DNA from: the human T2T-CHM13v2.0 reference genome, Homo sapiens
Length of the DNA: 64,000 bases
Assembly (NCBI RefSeq): GCF_009914755.1
Contig: NC_060927.1
Strand: one strand, 5' to 3'
Positions 33,942 through 46,775 of this stretch are shown piece by piece (positions within the stretch are counted from its first letter, which is position 1; each line of letters opens with the position of its first letter). The position numbers and the translations under genes are program-made. The notes under the pieces were generated by a model, which ran no database searches, had not been told where the DNA came from, and saw nothing but the letters and a program-made list of their open reading frames with translations.

Positions 33942-33979
33942 TGTTTAGTTAAATATTTTAAGACTGGGAAGAATTTAAA

Positions 33980-34212
33980 TATGTATCTTGCGTGTGATCT
34001 TTATATATGAAATAATATAATTTTGTGCACTTTAGGCCATGGAATAATTAATAATATCCAATTTAAGTACTACTATGTGTGTACCTTGTGTGTGATTTTT
34101 AAGGTATGGAATAATGTAATTTTGTGCTCTTTAGGGCATGAAATAATTAATATCAAATTTAAGTAGTACTACTAATGGAATAATTAATAATATCAAATTT
34201 AAGTACTACTAT
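33980..34212. repeat. Diverged local tandem duplication (~95-100 bp x2 plus ~38-bp partial third copy)
   Basis: Repeated taattttgtgc...tttagg..catg.aataattaat...aatttaagtactacta. Confidence 0.85.
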
Positions 34213-34711
34213 CAGAATTAATTATTTAAGATCAACTGCCATGAAACAAAAATTATTATTTTGGGCAGATATCTTCCAAAAGGTAATTTGTTTACATATA
34301 AACCACATGGCCTTCCATATAGCAGGCCAACTCTTTTGATTACTTAGAGGTATATTTCACAAGTAATTTATCCTGACCCTTCGGTTGCAAGCTATGTTAC
34401 TCACACAGAAGTAGTCTGTGGGTACGTTATTTCAAAATTTTTATGCTGTAGGTAAATGAATGGTCGCATTTCAATACTTACCCGGGCCAAAACAATGTCA
34501 GACCTGTTCTGTGACATTTTATAACACGTATTTCTATATAACATGTTGAATGTTTTATATAATTAATGCAAAACTGAGTTTTCTTTAGCTCATGTGCTGG
34601 TGGGGAAACAAACTATGTTAAAGGTCCTGGTTCTAGTTTTATAGCATCCTTGGGCTCACTTCTCTGTAGAAGTAAGTGGTCATTTGTTTAGCAAGGATGA
34701 AGTTTTGATGA

Positions 34712-35560
34712 TGTATTAGTTTGCCAGAGCTGTTGTAACAAAGTATACCACAGACTGGGTGGCTTAAACAACAGAAATATATTTTCTCGGAGTGCTGGAG
34801 TTAGATTTCTAAGATCAGGGTTTTGGCAGGGTTGGTTCCTTCTGAGGACTGTGAGAGAGGAATGTACTCTAGGCCTCCCTCCTTGACTTGTGGATGGTTA
34901 TCTTCTCCCTGTGTCTTCACATCATCTTCCTTCTGTACATGTATGTGTCCAAATTTATTATTCTTTTCATTTCTTAAGAGATAGGGTCTTGCTGTCTCAC
35001 CCAGGCTGGAGTGCAGTGGCACAATCTTAGCTCACTCACTGAAGCCTCGAACTGCTGTGTTTAAGTGATCCTGCTGCCTCAGCCTCTTGAGTAGCTAGGA
35101 CTACAGAAGCCTGCCATCATGCCCAACCCATCCCTAAATTTATTTTTCTTATAAGGATAACAGTTACATTGGTTTATGTAAATATTTGTCTAAGCCACAG
35201 GACTTGTAGTATTAACTGATCTGACAGCAAATCATATATTGAAATATTCCAAGAGAAAAGCATTATAAAAATACAAAATGTGATGGTATTATTTTATTCT
35301 ATGCCCTTTTGTCACTGGGAATTTTAATAGAGGCAGAAACTGAAAGCAGCTAAATTTGACTTTAGTTTTTTTTTTTTTTTTTTTTTTTTTTTAAGTTTCC
35401 TTTGGTAGAAGTGTCAGAGTGTTTGGAAATGACAAACACCTTTGTGACCTCATTTTAATTTGTTTGCTGTCTCCAAACACAGTCATACTTGGAGGTACTT
35501 AGAGATAGGAATTCAAGATGAATTTTGAAGGATGCACAATTCAGCACTCAGCCCATAACA
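34712..35560 (-). mobile_element. MLT1C-like LTR interrupted by a FRAM and by a ~260-bp copy of nearby unique DNA
   Basis: tgtattagtttgcc start; runs to ...ttataaggataacagttacattgg (~35175); resumes tgacctcattttaa...ctccaaacacagtcatacttggaggtact...cagcccataaca. Confidence 0.85.
34962..35128 (-). mobile_element. FRAM / Alu right-arm monomer
   Basis: Single right-arm sequence; aaatttatt on both flanks. Confidence 0.85.
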
Positions 35561-35911
35561 GACATTTGGATCCCTAAATTACATAAAACAACAACATTGG
35601 TCCTATTAATTATTTCATTCATTGACAAAATATATGTCCATAGGTTATGATTATATATTCCTTTAAATTGTATAGCACGTATGTACCCCAATGATATAAA
35701 TATCTTCTCTTTCCATTCTACTCCTATCCTCTTCTTCATCGTATCCTTTTTCCCCCTTCTCCTCCTCCTCTGCCTTCTCTCTCTTTTATTTCTTCTCTCT
35801 GTATATACAGAGAGAGAGAACAGATACTCTATATAGTCTCTCTTTCTATGTATAATGCTCTCTCAAAGAATTTTATGTGGATTTGTGCTGTCTTGGGAGC
35901 CCTGGAATTGA

Positions 35912-35968
35912 GATATATATATGTGTGTGTGTGTGTGTATGTGTGTGCGTGTGTGTGTGTGTGTGTAT
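35912..35968. repeat. (TA)n(TG)n microsatellite
   Basis: Direct reading. Confidence 0.9.
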
Positions 35969-36139
35969 CTCAGTATGAGAGACAGAGGGAGAGACTATAT
36001 AATCTCTGAATAAATACACGCATATATATACATTATTTTATACATTTATTTATATTATATTATATATAATTTTTAATATATATAAATTATGTTATGTAAC
36101 ATATATATAAATTATTACTTCAATAATCTGAAATATGAA

Positions 36140-36268
36140 TTACCAATGAGGTCGCTAAGACAGACTAAGTGATTCACCCCAGGTCACTGCCATGGTAAAC
36201 CTAGCAGCAGATTGTTAATTCTAATCCAGGTATATTGGATTCCCAAACTCATATTCTTAACTACTATT
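36140..36268 (-). mobile_element. MIR relic
   Basis: taagtgattcacccaggtcac...ccaaactcatattcttaactact. Confidence 0.55.
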
Positions 36269-36854
36269 TATTAAGTCCTTCTTGCTTTTGTCTTATTCAA
36301 GTTTCTTGAGCCCCTAGCCCTGACAGTTACTTGCTTACATTTTATAGTATTGGTCATTGCAAGGCAACACTGAGATTTCTAAAACCAGCTCAATGATTAG
36401 GAGTGCATTAGTGTGCCTGAGCCACAGGCCTTGTAGTATTAACTGATCTGGTAGTAAATCATATATTGGACTATTCCAAGGGAGAAAACCATCATTAATA
36501 ATACAAAATTTGGTAGTATTACTTTATTCTATGTCTTCAGTCACTGGGTGTTCTACAACAGGCAGGAACTTAAAGCAGCTAAATTTGACTTTAGTTCTTT
36601 TTTATTTCCTTTGGTTACTTTGGTGGAAGTGTGTGAGTGTTTGGATAAGGCAAACAGACATTCAAAAGGAAAATCAACACATTGAGTGACTAGATAATCC
36701 ACAGGGATCAAATAAAATGACAAAATAACCCACAATCTTAATAATGTCTTTGAAATACTGAGTTGGTTATTTTGTTTTAGGGTACTTGGCAAAATATCCC
36801 TGGAGACAACTTATGTGAAAGTATGATAATTTGATTTTTATCAAAAGCTCTTTA

Positions 36855-37164
36855 GGCTGGGCACAGTGGCTCATGCCAGTAATCAAAGCACTTTGGGAGA
36901 CTCACGTGGGAGGATTGCTTGAAGTCAAGAGTTTAAGACCACCCTGGGCAACAGAGTGACACCATGTCTCTACAAAAAATTTACCAATTAGACAGGCACG
37001 GTGCCACATACTTACAGTCCTAGCTACTTAAAAGGCTGAGGTGGGGGGATCACTTGAGCACGGGAGTTCCAGGTGGCACTGAGCTGTGATTGTACCACTG
37101 CACTTCAGCCTAGTTGTCAGAGGGAGACACTGTCCCTTAAAAATAAATAATTTTTAAAAAATTT
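36855..37164 (+). mobile_element. AluJ
   Basis: Diverged dimer; TSD aaaagctcttta at 36843-36854 and 37165-37176. Confidence 0.95.
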
Positions 37165-38591
37165 AAAAGCTCTTTAAAATAAAAATTGGGGGGAGTGCAT
37201 GGTAATAACATTAAAAACAAATGCTTTCCAAAAGAGGATTAAAAATATTTTTATCACTCTCCTTAGACTAATGCATTTAAGGTTTTAATCTTACAAGCAT
37301 ACTTTGTAGCTTCTTATAAACCCTCAGTTTGCCAGTTTATGTCCATTGTCAATCAGCATTTCAGTATAATTTTCTAGCTCACACGTTTATCTTTAAAAAA
37401 TAGTTTTATCAGAAAGCTTGTTCGTTTTCAGATTGTGATTAGCTACATGCTCACTGTCAGTAATAAACACAGCCCATATATTTCTATAGTAACTTTATGA
37501 ACTTCCCACAGAAAATTCATATTGCATTTTGTTCTTCAAAATGCAACCCGCTGGGCTTTCTTCATCTGATAACCCATTTTGGATTAGTCATTGATTTGTG
37601 TCTGTTGTTAGTACCGGGTTGCAGGCTGTTAAAAGGACACAGGCTGTGCACTCTGTTATGCATCTTTACCCCGTTGTGTCCTTCGAAATGCCAAGAATTC
37701 TGAAGTTGTTTAATAAAAATCACTTTGATTGATTTTCATCTTTGCAGCCAAATAGGGGGGACAGGTGCCATTTCCTCTGACTTTAAGATGGTCAAACATT
37801 CCTGGAGCAGAGATTAGGTGCCACGTCTCTAGCTTATAAGCCAAATTCTAAACCTCTTCACTTAATGCAGAGCTTCTTCTTGAAATACCCCTAACTGCGG
37901 AGATGAATGAAACATACCTCTGTTTGGGGCCTGGGCTCCTAAGAGAAACTGTCTTAGGGCCAGCTGGAATATTTTTGAAATCATATATTTTATCTAAAAA
38001 AAATCTGTAAGTATTACATTGTATTTGTTGTTGTATTTATTTGAATATAAAAATAACACTGCATATACTTAACATAAAGTAAAACACATACCAGGAAACT
38101 GTGTCACCTTTGTCTTGGATTTCTTATTTTCTCCTTCCTCTACCTGTCACATACTACACCCTGGAATTTGCACGCCCTAAGAAGCCCTTGTGAGATCTTG
38201 CACAAAAGTCTCTTTGCTTTAAGATTGACTGTAAAAAGATTTAGATACAGAAATTCCCATTGATAGTGCACACTCAAGAGGAGGCCTTCGTCTATGGGAT
38301 AGACCAAGTCTATGTGGTTAGCAATAAGTTTAATGGCATCCCAAATTTCTGACGTCTGTGTGGCTCACTGCAGGGGGAAAGGGAGGGAGTGGGGGCTTAG
38401 GCAGGTTCTTAGCCCTTGCTTCAAACTGAGCAGCTTCATTGCTTCTGATTTTCTTTTTAACATTCATTTTACTTTTAAAAGATTCTTTTCTATTTTTGTT
38501 TGTTTCTTTCTTAAAAAAGTGCCACTGAGTTAAAAAGAAGAAATAATTCACTTTGATATAAAATTTTGAATTTCTTTATTATACCATTTAT

Positions 38592-38593
<2 letters not shown>

Positions 38594-38637
<44 letters not shown>

Positions 38638-38913
38638 GAGACAGGATTTCCTTCTGTCACTCAGTGGCACAATCTCGACTCATTGCAACCTCCACCTCCC
38701 AGGCTCAGGGCTCAAGTGATCTTCTTGCCTTAGTCTCCCAAGTAGCTGGGACCAAAGGCACATGCCACCATGCCCAGCTAAATTTTGTATGTTTTGTAGA
38801 CAGAGGGTTTCACCATGTTGCCCAGGCTGGTTTTGAACTCCTGAGGTCAAGCAATCTGCCTTCCTGGGCCTCCCAAAGTGCTGGGATTACAAGCATGAGC
38901 CATTGTGCGTGGC
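38594..38913 (-). mobile_element. AluJ with 43-nt pure T tail
   Basis: Diverged dimer; atttattc on both flanks. Confidence 0.95.
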
Positions 38914-39033
38914 TAATATATTTATTCTTTATATTTACTTTCTTTTTTTCATTTAAAATTTTTATAAACAATCAGCAAAAAAGCAATAATATATTAAAAG
39001 TAAATACGATGTAACATAGAGGTATAAAAGAGT

Positions 39034-39093
39034 CATACATGGACTCGAGGTCTGACTTCTCATACACGGACTCGAGGTCTGACTTCTCATACA
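39034..39093. repeat. 27-bp tandem duplication
   Basis: cataca(t/c)ggactcgaggtctgacttct x2 followed by cataca. Confidence 0.95.
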
Positions 39094-39327
39094 CAATCAC
39101 ATCCTTACCAGATGTCATAGGTCTGTTCAACTACTTTTAGTAATGGGAGTTCATAGCTTTTTGATGCAGCCCATTATATTGTTGGGCACCTGTTCTTGAT
39201 TGCAAGTTCTTTATAAAACTGAACCAGAAAACTCTTTCCTATAATTTTTGTATGAAGGTATATAGCCTCATGTTATACAGAAAAGCACAGAAAATAGTTA
39301 TCTCTCATCTACAAAATAATCATCCAC

Positions 39328-40520
39328 CAGAGGTGGACATACTGAGAAATTAATAAAGCTTACGCTTCAAGACTCGTGTTCATGAGCCATTTTCAAAGCT
39401 CCATATAATAATAATAGTTCTGAAATTTTTTCAAATTTGAAAAAATAAGATATTTTGATCATGATCAATTAGGACAACTCTCCCTTCCTAATCCAATTTC
39501 TCCATTACATTTCCCTTCATATTAGTTGGTTTTGGAGAGGCTGGGGGTAGATCTAGTTATAGGCAGCTTCAGTTTGGAATGCACTTAGTTTGGGTTTAGT
39601 GGGGTTTGTAATGTGGCTCTCAGTAATTTTCATGTATTTTACAGTTGTTTTTACTCAGTTTGATAAGTAGGAATCACTTCTAGAAAATTACTACTGCTCA
39701 CTCTGCCACAATACATAGATGTGAGGCTACAGGTCATACCAAAATATGAATACATCCTAAGAGTCTCACAGCAAAATTTGGTGGTTAGCAGATGTTTTAG
39801 TATATGGAAATAGAATTAGTTGATCAAAATTTATCTAGTCATTAGATTTGTAAAATTATTAAGTTGAAGTGTCTCTAACCAATGTTTTCTATTCTCAGGA
39901 ATATGCAGGGTAATGGAGCATATACAATTATAAACACACCACATATACTTTTTCATTTTTGATGGAAATTGCAAAAAATATAATTTATCAGAATTTCTAT
40001 GTTTATAGTATATACAATTGTAGTGGTCCTATAAACAGTGAGTATATCTATAAAAGCTCATAAACAAAAGAAACTTGATAGGGAGTTTTACTAATTTGTT
40101 AACAATCCTAAAAATGTATATGGCATTTGCAACAATGAGTTGTGAAACTGAAAGAAACTTTTGTGATATATAATTAATGAAAAGCAAATTTTAGACAACC
40201 ATGATAAAATTCTCTCTATAGAAAATACTGCAAAATAATTGACATAAGATAATTAAAGAAGAAATCTAAGAATATGCAGCCAAGATGTAGGGAAAAGAGT
40301 GCTATAATGGTGTACCAGTCAGTTAATTTAATAAAAGTAGTATTATATTATTTTCTGTTATTTGAAATATGTGGTATATGTTTTTTTAAAAAAAAACATT
40401 TGTTCCTATTCATTTTCATAACTAATTTTGCATTTGAAATTTTGTGTTATTTTTCACAGAAAGCCTCGTTCACAGAAATTGCATAAAGTTTGAGTATCCA
40501 GACAACTGAACTCACTCTCC
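39328..40520 (+). mobile_element. Fossil hAT (Tip100/Zaphod-like) DNA transposon with transposase C-terminal remnant
   Basis: 40084-40203 translates SFTNLLTILKMYMAFATMSCETERNFCDI*LMKSKF*TTM, like the hAT dimerisation motif; 5' end cagaggtgga...taataaagcttacgcttca. Confidence 0.7.
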
Positions 40521-41819
40521 AATATTCAGAAACAGAGATTAGGTTTTTTGTTTTCCCTTCCCCAGGTCAACATTCTCAAGTGCTTTCCAGTATGACTGTG
40601 CTTTCCAAATTTATCAACCACTGATTTGTGGCCCTTTTGCTGACTAGTTAGGGCTCCACTCCCCTATGGGGACTGGGAATGAGCAGACTTAAATAGTTTG
40701 GAGAAGGAACAGGATGGCTTAGTAAAATCAATGCTTTGCTTCAGACCTATATAGGTTTGTTTCCTGGAATTTTAGGTATTAAGCCTATTACATTAGGAAA
40801 TATATTTCACCTTTAGTTTAATATTTAACTCCTCATTTATACTAATACGGATGACAATACCGGGCTTGAGGTCAAGTGGTATAATGAAAAAAAAATGTGT
40901 AAGTCACCTAGCTCTGTACTTGGCATATAGTAGATGATCTGGTAACATTTGCTATTGTATTTATTAGCATTTAAACAGAAACACTTGCTCCCTTCTTTAA
41001 CATTCAAAGAGACTAGAGGAGTTTTATTATATATATTGTTTTAAAATGTGATGTTTCTCATTTTACAAGTGATGAAAAGCCTGTTTTCCCCTGGTGAGCT
41101 ATCAGACAGATTGAGCAAATGAACCACTAGTCACTGAAGTCAAGTCTAGCTAGGCCTGGAGGAGATTTGGGCAATTACACAGAGTTCTGACTTCCCAGAG
41201 GACTCAGTGGTTGTCAGCTGACTTCAGAAGCTTATGGTAGAACTTCTGGTGCTTCTCAGAGCCTTCTGTGTTCAATCCTGGGCAGGGAGCCAATTATCTG
41301 GAAGGAAGATAAGAATATCAGACATTGTTTAAACTAATTTATTTATTTATGGGTTAACTATCCAGATTGAGAATTATCACTAGCTTTATTTCTGGCAGTC
41401 TCTTTTTGGTCATTACATGTTTAACACATTAAACAGAAGAAGGACAGCTAGGGAGGGGTTTGGTAAGGAAAAATAGGTATTTTTAGAAGCACTGAAAATG
41501 AGTTTGAATTGTGGAAACGAAGTCGTTAAAATTCACTGCGATAATAAAGATAATGGTAGTAATAAATGATGTATATATTTAAATTATCTGCGATATTCAT
41601 GTTCCTGAAGCATAGGGATATCAAAGTCAAATAATGTACAGGCTAGGTTGACAAAAATAAGTGAGGTGAGTTAAACTAGGTACACAGAAATAGTTCTCAG
41701 TGACACAAACACACACACACACAGGGCGGAGGGAGAGGGGGAGAGAGAGAGTGAGCGAGCAAATATAACACTATATGAGAGCGGATAGACCCTGAGTGGG
41801 AAGATAAGAAGGAAGGTGA

Positions 41820-42050
41820 TAAACCCGACGGCCCCTGCTTATTGCACAGGAGCTGGTCCATTCTCAGATATTTTTATGATGTAAAAATGCCAGATATTTT
41901 TTCTTCTCTAGAAAAGCTAGAAGTCTGGAATTTTATGGGAAATCATATAAAAATATTGGACCAGTTTAAAAAGAAAACAACACTTTTGGGCCAAATATAA
42001 AAATCAACAGGGTTGATCTGACTCATGCACAGACATTGGTAATTTCTGCC
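41820..42050. mobile_element. MER102-like hAT-Charlie relic
   Basis: ctagaaaagctagaagtctggaattttatgggaaatc resembles the recalled MER102 core. Confidence 0.4.
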
Positions 42051-43261
42051 CACAAATGAGCTGCGTAACTGTTACAGGAACACGTAGCCAGAGATGGATA
42101 ACTGGACTTGGGAACAAGGGAGAAGGCTAGAGAAAATCAGCTCAGAAAAGTGATCCAAGAGCTGAGCTGGGTCTTGATTTATATGTAATATATGATGTAT
42201 ATATAGATATATCACCTATGCTATAGGTAGGTGCATTTTGGGTATAGGGAAATTTGTCCAAAGGCAGAAAGGTATGGAAGGTATGATTTGTACTCAGACA
42301 GATGTTCAACCAGAATGCAACTATGGGAACTCTGAGGATCTGGGGAGAGAATTGGTGGCCTGAATGATTGGAAAATGTATAATATAGACTCTTACTTTGT
42401 TTAGCCTTTTGCTTGCAATTCAATTTTTGTTTCTCCTTGTCAAAAGCACTTAATATTTTTTATCTATTTGCAATAGAAAGACACATTCTCACAAATAAAC
42501 AAATGGGAAAATAAAGATTGAAGAACACCACACAGAATTCCTCTGTCCATATCTTTTCACTTGAATATAATATTTCGGTATACATTATGAATGTAATCTC
42601 TGTCAAAGCTGTTAAATGCATATAAAAGATTAAAGCACTTTCTATATTTGTAGATACGTGCTTTTGGAAGAATTTACTGTCATCAAAGTAGGTATGATTT
42701 AAAACCAGATTTGTTCTTTGTCCCAAGTGTTTGGAGTTTTCCTTTTTGTTGTTGTTGTTGTTGTCTGTTTGTTTGCTTGTTTCTTTCCTCTTCTTTTTTT
42801 TTTCTTGTAAAGACAGAACAAATACAGCTCCTTCTTTTCCTTAAAAAAAGCTTTGTTGTTTTCTCATTGCAAGATCCTAATTAAAATGTTCCATATGGAG
42901 GATTTTTTGCCAATCTACATTCTTGTTAAGCAAATACTTTATATTTCTTGCTGGAGCATGAGGCTGCAGTATTCCTAGAGGGCAAATTTACAAAAGACCA
43001 CTGGACCCAAATATACAGCAACATAAATTAAAATATAGATTGTTACAGAAACTTTAAATAACTAGGAATGCATTGGTCAACAGATTTTATATGTATCACT
43101 TTGGAAGAATGAAATTGTACTTCAACATCATCTTTAAACAAGAGTATGCTCTTTAGTGGTACAAGAACAATTTCATTCTTTTATGCCCTTGCTCCTCTTT
43201 ATTATAAGGAAAGAAAACTTAATATTCTCTGTAACATAAGTTATTCTTTTTGCAATATTAG

Positions 43262-43530
<269 letters not shown>

Positions 43531-44637
43531 TAGTATCTTCTATGAGCCAAATGGATTGGTTCTTTCATTTTTAACACCTCCTATTATTCTTGGGAATTAA
43601 GGTTAAAAAGCAGTAATCACCATGCTAACTTAAATGTGTATTATCTAAGGGAAATTGAGTTTCATAAACTAATTTATTGCTTACACTTTATTAGGATCAT
43701 AGCTGAGTGTAATTTTATTTAATTATGTGTCATTTGTAATGTCTGTTACATTAAAATTATAACTGGAAAAAGGTGCATATGTAAAATTTAACATTTTAAT
43801 TTATTAAATAGTAGATATAAGGAATTATTTTATTTGTAATAATCTATAGAAAGAAGACACTCTAAGTGTATGTTTACATGATTGCCCTTGCTAACAATAG
43901 AATGCGACTGATAATTCATTTTCTTTCCCAATATTTCTGATGAATATTCTGATTTCGATTGTGAATTTAAGCACTACTTTGGCATATATTCAAATAAAGC
44001 AAGTTCTAAACTATGCAAAATATATCACATTCCAAATATACCAGAGGATATGACTGGTTACTTTGTGAATTTTTGAGTTATACACATCTACCTATAGGTA
44101 TTTACAAGATTTTATATATCATGCATCCACATAAGTGATTTGACTTATAACCAACAATGAATATAATAAAGTTAGTTTAGTTTATTAACCAGAAGCTAAA
44201 ACTGACTAGATAAATCAATCAATTAGGAGATAATTCATTAAGTGAACCACCTAGCGATTATTTGTGCTGTGTAGCCTTTGGTTCTGCAACTGGAAGAGCT
44301 GACATTCATTATGTCTGTGCTTCGGTCACTTATGGGACAAAATGGCCATACTGTTCCTACGAACAGATAAATGGAGGATACTGGAAATGATTTACTTTAT
44401 GACATATGTAACTCATCAAAAAAATAAGACTGTTAATTAATAAATTTTATACATTTTTTGGAGACATTTTATTTCAAGCAATGAGAAATAGAAGCCAAAT
44501 ATTTAAATCTGTTCACTGCAATTCTCATTGATTAATTCTACTTTACAGCTTTGATTTAGACACACTTGCCCTTTTTCAGTTTCAAGAAAGGACCAAGTTT
44601 CTTTTTTTATCTCTAGGCTTTCTCTCATGTGGCCCAG

Positions 44638-45202
44638 TGTATTATTTTCCAGAAAAATAGAACCAGTAGGATATGTACAGATATTTATAAAAGGAGAATA
44701 ATTTTAGGAATTGGCACACATGATGGAGGCTGAGAAGTCTCATGATATACTACCTGCAAGCTGGAGACTCAAGAAGGCTGGCAGTATAATTCAGTTTGCA
44801 TCTTAAGGCCTGAGGGCCGGAGGAGACATAGAGTAATTCCCAGTCCAAGGCCTAAGGCCTGATAACTTGGGGGAAGTCAGGGTGCTGGTGTAAGTCCTGG
44901 AGTCCAAAGACCCAAGAAGTAGGAGCTCCCATGTCCAAGTTAAGAAGATGGACCTCTCAGCCTAAGGAGAGGGAGAGAATTTGCCCTTTCTCTGCCTTTT
45001 TGTTCTATCTAGGCCCTGGATGGAATGTATGATTCCTGCCCCCACTGGTGAGGGTGGATCTTCTTTACTCAGTGTACTGATACAAATGCCAGTCTGTTCC
45101 AGAAATACCCACACACATATACCTAGAAATAATGTTTTGCCAGCTATCTGGGCATCCCTTAACCCAATCAAGTTGACACACAGAATTACATTAATCATCA
45201 CA
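44638..45202 (-). mobile_element. MLT2 (ERVL) solo LTR
   Basis: tgtatt...ggaggctgagaagtc...cagctatctgggcatcc...aagttgacac...catcaca; perfect TSD cccag at 44633-44637 and 45203-45207. Confidence 0.9.
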
Positions 45203-45298
45203 CCCAGTATGCCTTCTTCCCTATTCCTTAAACATTCCTGTGGCTGACGCCTCAAATTTTCGCTGTTTAATTGTTGAGTCCTTAAACATCTTTTGAAG

Positions 45299-45678
<380 letters not shown>

Positions 45679-45739
45679 TTAGTCTTTTATGTCACATCCT
45701 GCTCTTTCCTTACAAAACCCTATTACAATGAGTACTTAC

Positions 45740-46285
45740 TTATTTGATTGTTTACTTTGTTCTAATCTGTCTTTCCAACTAGAAAGTAACCTTGTGAGAA
45801 TGTAGACTATGTATATTCAGCACCTAGGACAGGTGGCAGTAGAGATAAATGGTTAAACATCACTAAGAGCTAGAATGCTTGTTTTGAATTTTGGCTCTGT
45901 TATTTGCAAGACCTCAGACAAGTTTCTTTTTCCTTTTTTTGCATGTGTATCATCTGTAAAATGGGCATAGTAACAGAACAGGGATTATATGGATTAATAT
46001 ACTCAAATTACTTGGCACATAGTGAGGCCTCATTAAATGTTGGCAAGCTAGCTACTACAGTGTCTGGTACATAATAAGTAATCAGTAAACATTTCCTGAA
46101 TGAATGAATAGCACATAGACCTTCAGTGCCAGAAATACTTGGATTTGAATGCCCATTCCATCTCTTAGGACCTTGGCAAAATTACTTAACTTTTTTCAAT
46201 ATCAGTTTTCTCAGTGTATAAAATAGTTCTGACTTCCTTAGGGTTTTTGTAAGAATAAAATCAGATAGTCCTTATAGCATGTTTT
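45740..46285. mobile_element. Cluster of L2 and MIR relics
   Basis: catctgtaaaatgggcatagt (MIR core); gtctggtacata...tgaatgaatgaa (L2 end); gaccttggcaaaattacttaac (MIR). Confidence 0.6.
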
Positions 46286-46775
46286 ATGGTTTATTTTTGT
46301 TTAGAAAAGAAAAATAAATCATTTTGTTTTGCACTTAGAGTCAGAAGTCCTAGATAGCATTTCCATTCTAGGAGTATGGTGTTCAGATACCCCTGCCTGA
46401 GGCCACTTCTACCTATTGTTAGAATAATTATCCTTAATAATTCTAGTAATTAAAACTCTTTGGTTATAAATAACAAAAGCAATTCCAGCTAACTTTAGCC
46501 TAAATTAATTAAGAAATTAATAAAAGCACTCTTATTATAACTAGCAGATTGAATAAGAATCATTCATGATATGTTCATAGCCTAAAATTTATATGTTTAT
46601 TTTTTATTGCCCGTTTTAAACTTCTTGAGTTCAATCTTCTCTTCGTTGGATGAAAATCCTGGAAGATATCATGACTTTTCTTCTCACTCACTTTTTTTTC
46701 TCACCTAATAGAATAGTCTTGCAGTAACTTTAAGTCATAAACATCATTTCAGTTCCGTAATTAGTATGTACTGGT

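Noticed and set aside
33980-34212. CRISPR-like repeat array
   Set aside because: Eukaryotic context, no unique spacers and no cas genes; simple tandem duplication
35794-35815. 22-bp palindrome tctctctgtatatacagagaga
   Set aside because: By-product of adjacent CT/TA/GA microsatellites
44274-44410. Candidate coding exon after tgtgtag
   Set aside because: All frames stop before a donor and no peptide is recognisable
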